Both the position numbers and the translations under genes were made by a program. Shown here piece after piece: positions 60,401 through 64,000 of a stretch of 64,000 nucleotides of DNA. Numbering within the stretch: position 1 is the stretch's first letter; the number at the start of each line of letters is the position of its first letter. The DNA comes from Schmidtea nova (taxonomy: Eukaryota), in assembly GCA_044892505.1 (NCBI GenBank), contig CM097884.1:82150001-82214000 (forward strand), read 5' to 3'. The notes under the pieces were generated by a model. That model was not told where the DNA came from and did no database searches. It saw nothing but the letters and a program-made list of their open reading frames with translations.

Positions 60401-61440
60401 ACATAAAAAGGCATTTAATTATTTAAGTGTAATTTTATAAATTATAATCTGGAATGTGTATGTCTTCACCGGATGACTAAACTATTTAATATATGCAAAA
60501 GGAATATGAAAAAAAGTAAAATTGAAATTATTAAGTAGCCGTAAAAATTATTACTACTTTAATTTAATAATACCTGAATCTTTTCGGCCCTTCGTTTTAA
60601 AAAATCATTTTTTGCATAAATCTCCCGAGGAACAGATGTCAGAGCGCATCCAAGTCTGTCAAGACAACTAATTTCTCTAAGTAGGCCTAATACATCAGGA
60701 TCTATATTGAGAATACATTCACCATAGGGTTCATCGTTTGTCAATATAAATATCGAGGATTTCATTCCATTGAGCTTTGAAGTTATCTAGTTATTCAAAT
60801 GATTTCAATTTTATGAAAGAAAATCGTAAGACTTTACCAGTCGTTTCCAAGTGTGATAAACTGTAATTTCGAAATGCACCAGCATTTCCGTTGTCGTATT
60901 GTAAGTATGGACAATTCTCCGACCTTCAGTAATTGTAAAGACCTCTGGGCAAGTTAAAACAAATAAATTCATATTTTCTTCTAAGTGCAAATAAAGATTT
61001 CTAGCCCAAGCGATTCGACCTATAATTGGCAAATTGACAATTTAAAAGAGTTGCTCATTTGAAATAAAAATTACCAGCAAAATACGGCATGTCACGGTCA
61101 AGAGGCGGATTATCTTGATGTTCAATGAAAATATTTTTTATTGTCAAAATTTCGCTGCGAAAAGATTTAAAAATTTCCACATATCGAGCGAAATGATCTA
61201 GATCCGGAATGGAGATTTTCTCAATTTTCAACTGCATTCTTAAGCCGGCCGCTACTCCCTTTGATCGGTGGAAATAAGAGGTTATGACTCCAATCAGTGC
61301 GGAATGCAAATCTTCAATTTGGTTTTGAAATTCCTCATAGTCTTTATCGAATGCCAAATTTCTTTGATTTAGGAAATCATATTTTTTAGTAGTAATGGAT
61401 TGAGTTATTCTGTCATAACGATTCATTATCGCATCTTTTC
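13220..61440 (-). CDS. DNAH5: Axonemal outer-arm dynein heavy chain, DNAH5/DNAH8-like (gamma type); 37 exons resolved, 5' end (roughly 450 aa) not resolved
   Basis: Four P-loops [24 protein letters not shown] and GVGGSGKQ, and a C-terminus [14 protein letters not shown], as in DNAH5/8. The manually spliced exons total 12,590 nt (2 nt plus 4196 codons) with consistent phases. DNAH5 versus DNAH8 orthology cannot be separated by eye. Confidence 0.93.
14771..15153 (-). pseudogene. DDX6/Me31B/Dhh1-like DEAD-box helicase pseudogene fragment inside a dynein intron
   Basis: One frame reads [12 protein letters not shown] / [13 protein letters not shown] / DDTCRL / ALGRALDFI, matching DDX6 ILARAKNGTGK, PTRELALQ, DDIMRL and TPGRILDLI, with a stop and internal deletions. 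Confidence 0.7.
15510..15670 (+). repeat. Dispersed repeat of about 160 bp, second copy at about 38835-38980
   Basis: Both copies share aaaatggct..aggtaa...taaggctt...aagcttt.aaa.attatct.tgttctacaattt.atttttt...acttt.taggaaat. Confidence 0.7.
17095..19198 (-). CDS. DNAH5: Dynein HC exons (AAA5-AAA6): 19016-19198, 18079-18968, 17413-18031, 17095-17357
   Basis: GT-AG introns of 47, 47 and 55 nt; motifs SMGQGQE, KFTNEPP and QYGGRVTDD. Confidence 0.92.
19480..19860 (+). repeat. GTCTGTC-microsatellite repeat (Helitron/DINE-like), related copy at about 36505-36615
   Basis: Both loci have gtctgtc(c/g)gtcc..cac..cccatat.taa.ttt.atataaatt...gaccgtcattt. Confidence 0.55.
20237..22255 (-). CDS. DNAH5: Dynein HC exons (end of AAA4, stalk/MTBD, AAA5): 20645-22255, 20442-20597, 20237-20392
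   Basis: Motifs [24 protein letters not shown] and [10 protein letters not shown]; introns of 47 and 49 nt. Confidence 0.92.
22317..23696 (+). mobile_element. Decayed Tc1-family (DD34E) transposon in a dynein intron
   Basis: TIRs of about 45 bp (ccaaaa.tctccagtcaggcagt.atttacatatt.cagtttat). The fragmented transposase has an HTH, WSDESHF, FQQDNAP and DLNPIEFLW, with several stops and frameshifts. Confidence 0.9.
23865..24018 (-). CDS. DNAH5: Dynein HC exon (AAA4)
   Basis: Encodes (R)[51 protein letters not shown]; TAG acceptor at 24019 and GTAAGT donor at 23864. It is absent from the ORF track because it is short. Confidence 0.9.
25361..25632 (+). mobile_element. Non-autonomous Helitron-like element
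   Basis: A|TC...CTAG|T boundaries, an internal GTCTGTTTGTCC, and a 3' end ACGGGATATCGCTAG. Confidence 0.5.
27081..27526. mobile_element. Degenerate hAT-type MITE
   Basis: Ends are CAGCGATTACCAAAC and TTTGGGAAACACTA, with a subterminal hairpin TACCGCCCA-AG-TGGGCGGTA. It shares ccgacgcccccc with the 48.3-kb MITE. The TSD is poorly conserved. Confidence 0.45.
28145..28764 (-). CDS. DNAH5: Dynein HC exons (AAA3-AAA4): 28574-28764, 28456-28525, 28145-28398
   Basis: [19 protein letters not shown]|DAPEPTGE and P4 loop [17 protein letters not shown]; introns of 48 and 57 nt. The donor at 28144 is non-canonical or shifted (see findings). Confidence 0.9.
29311..29542. mobile_element. piggyBac-type MITE, 232 bp
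   Basis: TTAA|CCCTTTCCTATC ... GATAGGAAAGGG|TTAA: perfect 12-bp TIR and TTAA TSD. Confidence 0.88.
30497..31084 (-). CDS. DNAH5: Dynein HC exons (AAA3): 30869-31084 and 30497-30823
   Basis: FIDDINMP and [21 protein letters not shown]; the in-frame 45-nt intron 30824-30868 is read through by the ORF track. Confidence 0.92.
33374..33411. repeat. (GA)n microsatellite
   Basis: Direct reading of the sequence. Confidence 0.95.
33493..35056 (-). CDS. DNAH5: Dynein HC exons (AAA2-AAA3): 34760-35056, 34227-34715, 33818-34181, 33493-33770
   Basis: [42 protein letters not shown] and GEPGTAKT; introns of 44, 45 and 47 nt. Confidence 0.93.
35447..35581. other. Assembly gap (N run)
   Basis: 135 N. Confidence 0.99.
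35599..35649 (-). ncRNA. Minimal type-I hammerhead-like motif, U3-A8 variant (Penelope-type)
   Basis: aaacaaauacacac-UUGAUAA-A-[GGC ugu GCC]-GAAA-UAU-U-gugu uauuguuu. Helix I has about 12 bp with two bulges, helix II has 3 bp, and helix III is palindromic. Confidence 0.65.
36278..36471. other. Assembly gap (N run)
   Basis: 194 N. Confidence 0.99.
37038..37871 (-). CDS. DNAH5: Dynein HC exons (AAA1): 37608-37871, 37286-37561, 37038-37232
   Basis: [24 protein letters not shown]|[13 protein letters not shown] and TM|[15 protein letters not shown]; introns of 46 and 53 nt. Confidence 0.94.
39933..41388 (-). CDS. DNAH5: Dynein HC exons (linker, DHC_N2): 40948-41388, 40374-40899, 39933-40319
   Basis: [26 protein letters not shown] and [13 protein letters not shown]; introns of 48 and 54 nt. 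Confidence 0.92.
41725..42085. repeat. AT-rich fold-back repeat; related copy at about 56640-56910
   Basis: 41780-41868 is an imperfect reverse complement of 41930-42015. 41868-42030 aligns with 56751-56905 (accaaataaaa.tataagtgacct...tatcacaattaccaaaa...gattaacactat.taatgcaaag). Confidence 0.75.
42154..43837 (+). mobile_element. Decayed pogo-family transposon (HTH_Tc5 plus DDE_1)
   Basis: TA|CCCTGTTTTTTGGTT...AACCAAAAAACAGGG|TA with repeated subterminal TAAGGTAC. ORF pieces contain [28 protein letters not shown] and LQVLDISVN, with stops and frameshifts. Confidence 0.92.
45321..45888 (-). CDS. DNAH5: Dynein HC tail exons: 45670-45888 and 45321-45622
   Basis: YNE|[10 protein letters not shown] and GEILFGLP...[13 protein letters not shown]; 47-nt intron. 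Confidence 0.88.
46312..46417. repeat. Near-perfect 41-bp-arm hairpin
   Basis: taatattaatatcaataatttccataagactatagatcaaa and its reverse complement with one mismatch, around a 24-nt loop. Confidence 0.9.
46761..46995. mobile_element. hAT (Charlie/MER5-like) MITE, 235 bp
   Basis: TIR CAGTGGTTCTTAAC; TSD GTCTAACA/GTCTAAAA (7/8). Confidence 0.88.
47219..47407 (-). CDS. DNAH5: Dynein HC tail exon
   Basis: [10 protein letters not shown]...[16 protein letters not shown]...MTAE with a phase-0 AAG acceptor and GT donor. Confidence 0.82.
47473..47551. mobile_element. Tiny piggyBac-like MITE
   Basis: Flanked by TTAA on both sides. It contains the perfect 20-bp palindrome AAGGACGAGTACTCGTCCTT and a second copy, GGACGAGCGTACTCGT. 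Confidence 0.55.
48339..48921. mobile_element. hAT-type MITE, 583 bp, GC-rich interior
   Basis: TIR CA(T/G)TGGTTTCCAACC; TSD CATTAATA/CTTTAATA (7/8). Confidence 0.85.
49645..49904 (-). CDS. DNAH5: Dynein HC tail exon
   Basis: YSNLW...[11 protein letters not shown]...[10 protein letters not shown]; phases are consistent with both neighbouring exons. Confidence 0.82.
50050..51430 (+). pseudogene. Highly decayed DDE transposase remnant (FDTT..NT / RHH-type family, probably hAT-related)
   Basis: Frame pieces [32 protein letters not shown]...[11 protein letters not shown] and [18 protein letters not shown]. The family assignment is from memory of such motifs and needs a profile search. Confidence 0.6.
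51935..52225. repeat. Degenerate tandem duplication of about 145 bp
   Basis: gtatatttcacctaa..aaa and cattgtaat...tatagataaaatttaa each occur twice about 145 bp apart. Confidence 0.65.
52770..54914 (-). mobile_element. Near-intact autonomous-type hAT (Ac/ZBED1-like) transposon, 2145 bp
   Basis: TIR TAGGGCTG/CAGCCCTA and perfect TSD GTCAAAAG (52762-52769 and 54915-54922). It contains a BED finger, DDE motifs and the hAT dimerisation domain. Confidence 0.95.
52913..54799 (-). pseudogene. hAT transposase, 628 codons with one premature TAG (54541-54539)
   Basis: ORFs 54539-54799 and 52913-54337 are in the same frame and joined by open sequence; motifs CIHC..F...GSNTSL.YHL..KH, LTSDFW, VTDNARN, PLQWWK and SVPCERLFS. 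Confidence 0.92.
55022..55298 (+). CDS. Small spliced ORF of unknown function (exons 55022-55052, 55096-55149, 55194-55298), antisense within a dynein intron
   Basis: ATG start, two GT-AG introns of 43 and 44 nt and a following GTAAGT donor, all phase 1. It gives [63 protein letters not shown]. The 3' continuation is unresolved. Confidence 0.6.
56103..56225 (+). pseudogene. His-Me (endonuclease VII-like) motif fragment of the type associated with protein-primed PolB
   Basis: [26 protein letters not shown] versus the family consensus VRDHCHxTGxYRGAAHxxCN; bounded by stops. Confidence 0.6.
57056..58573 (-). CDS. DNAH5: Dynein HC tail exons: 58421-58573, 58019-58379, 57350-57972, 57250-57298 (49-nt microexon), 57056-57202
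   Basis: GT-AG introns of 41, 46, 51 and 47 nt give a continuous frame; [11 protein letters not shown] and [20 protein letters not shown] are typical DHC tail sequence. Confidence 0.8.
59040..60161 (-). mobile_element. Decayed mariner transposon
   Basis: Same TIR core as the 6.8-kb copy (TA|CGTGGTGCGCCCAATAAGT). Remnant frames read [14 protein letters not shown]...[11 protein letters not shown] and [15 protein letters not shown]. Confidence 0.75.
60574..61440 (-). CDS. DNAH5: Dynein HC tail exons (DHC_N1): 61075-61440, 60838-61019, 60574-60786
   Basis: [28 protein letters not shown]|RIAWAR and [12 protein letters not shown]; introns of 55 and 51 nt. Confidence 0.85.
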
Positions 61441-63325
61441 CTACATGATATATATATATAAACGTAAATATTGTAGAAAAACATTTTTGGGAACCCGCAT
61501 GTATTTTTTCGAGAGGGAGACAAAACAAAAATTGATTTTAGGGATTTCTAAAATGCATCTCGATTTTTGACTTGTTTACTGCACTCTGTTTCCATAGCAT
61601 GTTAACATTGATAAATTTAGCAAATTTAACACTATGTAACGCTATTAAAAGTCAATAGAATAATTTAAGTTTATTTCATATTAACAGTTGTAACGGTTTC
61701 ATTATATCTTTAATTAAATTTAAAGTAAGTTAAATATTTTCCTTTCCAATAATTCAAAATATTCATCCTGGATTGTGAACGAGCAGCCATCAGATGATTT
61801 CCAAAAATATTACTCATCAAAGTATTTTAATATGACTTGTATTTTATATGTCACTAGATAATACAAATAGAAACAACACCAAATTGTCATGCCCTTATTC
61901 CTGATTGTTAGTCAAATTTGGTAATCAAACCAACATATTTTTTTCTTTTACAAAATTTAATATTAAATAAATTTTAAAATATCGAAAAATACTTGGAAAC
62001 ATGTTTATAATTGTAAATAAAAAATTTCTTTGTCAATTTTAATTTATAACCTTATTAATTCTGTGATTCATTTTCATAATAATTAATAATACCTAAAAAT
62101 ATTAATATTCCTTAACTTAATAATTACAGTTATTAAATGTTTATTAAACATTTACAAAATATTAATTAATTTATAAAATGACCTGAAAATATGGTTAGTA
62201 AAAAAACATTATTAAATAAAAAAACAAATATACACTAAAAAATAACAATTGAATGAAACCAGATGTAAATATATTTATAGTAACTATACATCCAGATACC
62301 TAAAAAGTTCTTAAATTTTGAAACAGAGTAATAAATTACACCATTTAACACTGAATATCACCCTTTATAATACTAATTGATCATTTTCTTTTTATTTTAA
62401 ATCAATTAATTTTAATTATAATCATTTAAATATAATTTTGAGTACTTTTATAATTTGAATTTATTTTACATATAAAGTAAGCTATTAATATTGTAAACTA
62501 AAATTCATTTTAATCACATTCATTATCAAATATTTCAATATTTTTGAAAAAAATTTTAATTAATTATATATTAAAAATTAAATTAACTAATAAAATAAAT
62601 ATATATTAAAAGATAAAAATGATTACCACCTTTTATATATAATTCTTTGTGAATATTGTCACCCAACAACGAATTTCTTAATTTAAGAAACAGGGTGTAA
62701 TATGGCCGACACACTAACTTAGCCTTGTGTTTAAAATTTATTATGAGCTTTAATTCAGTGATATAAATTAATATATTTACAGTTTACACACGTTTTTAGT
62801 ATTTAACTATTTTTTTCTACCCAATTTGTCTTTGACATAACAAAGATTTTATTCATTGTTAGCATATGTTAAGATACAGAAGAGTTTTTGTGTCTCTTAT
62901 ATTGCAACTGAATTTCATATAATAGGGTTTTTAATGATTGTTATACATGTATCAGTTTATAATTCTACCTGTATTGCTTTCGTCATATATAAATATATTT
63001 ATATTTTAAAGTACTGTAATATATTACATATATGTATATACACCAAAGCGCATAAATTAAGGGCCAGACAGGCAAAATTTAAAGTTTCTATAATAACAAA
63101 TTATTTTATATATAGAAAAAATATACATACCTACTGCAGATTAGGACAAAGTAAAAAAGCACGGTAATAAATTACGGGCCTACACTATAGAAAATAAGAA
63201 AAATTAATTAGGTCAAAAAAATACACTTACACAACACACAAAAAACCTATAGTGAAAAATACAAACACATGGACATAATTTAAGGGACAGTCTTTAATTA
63301 AGGGATTTTAAAATTTAAAAAAATC

Positions 63326-63860
63326 ATGATTTATGATGATATTTCAGAAACGTTTTTGGAATCAACTGTACCATTTATTGGAGAGTATCAAGAAGAAATG
63401 TAAACTTACAATTATATTAAAAAAATTTTAAAAAATATTTTTATAAATGCAGAAAATGAAGCTATAATGCCTCAAATGGCCGAAACTGTAGAAAGAAAAC
63501 ATCGAAAAACGTAAAACAAATTTGAATTTTTAATTTTTAACTTAAAATTTTATAGATAATCTGAACATGACAAAAAATTATTAAAAGAAGTAATGAAACG
63601 GCGTGAAAATTATGAAGAATTCGGCAGGTAAATAGGTTTTGAACCTAAGATTATTAAAGACATAGAGTCGAGGTAGAAAAACTGGCATTCTTACAGCAGG
63701 AAAAGGAGGCAAATAAAATGTTAGCCTTATAATTGAAGAAAATGGAATACAATGAATTGATTGTGGACCAAAATTATTGGATTACTTTGGAAGAAATGAA
63801 AAACTTCTTGGATACAATTAGCTACAATGTATATACAAAAACAATATCCAAATGTTAAAA
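63326..63860 (+). pseudogene. Possible decayed spliced ORF
   Basis: Purine-rich coding-like blocks separated by GT..AG spacers of about 45-50 nt (e.g. SEHDKKLLKEVMKRRENYEEFGR), with stops and frame breaks. No family is recognised. Confidence 0.3.
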
Positions 63861-64000
63861 AAATAAGCTGATAAATTTATGAAGACTTACTTTTTTCTGT
63901 ATTTCATAAATATCTAAAAAATATCAAGAGAAAATAAATTGGTATTTAACTTAAAATATTAAATAAATTTAAAATGTGCTAAAATAGCTTAAATACATAG

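Noticed and set aside
61530-61550. AAATCCCT as a U12-type donor
   Set aside because: It does not match RTATCCTT, and no U12 branch point precedes the acceptor.
1-64000. Prokaryotic systems (CRISPR arrays, operons, defence islands), tRNA or rRNA genes
   Set aside because: The DNA is spliceosomal-intron-rich and eukaryotic. There is no repeat-spacer array, and the GGTTCG-like words lack cloverleaf context.

Overview
This is eukaryotic, very AT-rich animal DNA (species not identifiable from the sequence alone), not prokaryotic. There is no CRISPR array, rRNA or tRNA. About 48 kb of the minus strand (13220-61440) is one axonemal outer-arm dynein heavy chain gene of the DNAH5/DNAH8 type. I could splice 37 exons by hand into 12,590 coding nt; the 5' end is unresolved. 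Its introns are strictly bimodal: 23 are 41-57 nt and 13 are 1.0-7.2 kb and full of transposons. The first 13 kb hold two intronless plus-strand genes, a VIAAT/SLC32-like transporter and a RING-finger protein with an unrecognised C-terminus. Mobile DNA includes hAT elements with clean TIRs and 8-bp TSDs (one nearly intact), decayed Tc1, pogo and mariner copies, hAT and piggyBac MITEs, a Helitron-like element, a gag-like remnant and a DDX6-like pseudogene fragment. Three observations stand out. (1) Minimal hammerhead-ribozyme-like motifs of the Penelope type are dispersed through the window, with the 3-8 core pair present as G-C, U-A and C-G; three G3-C8 copies form a tandem-plus-inverted array. 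(2) One dynein intron most simply uses a non-canonical GA donor. (3) A 4.9-kb TIR-bounded element inside a dynein intron carries an antisense spliced mini-ORF and a His-Me endonuclease motif of the kind linked to protein-primed PolB. All homology calls are from motif recognition; no searches were run.
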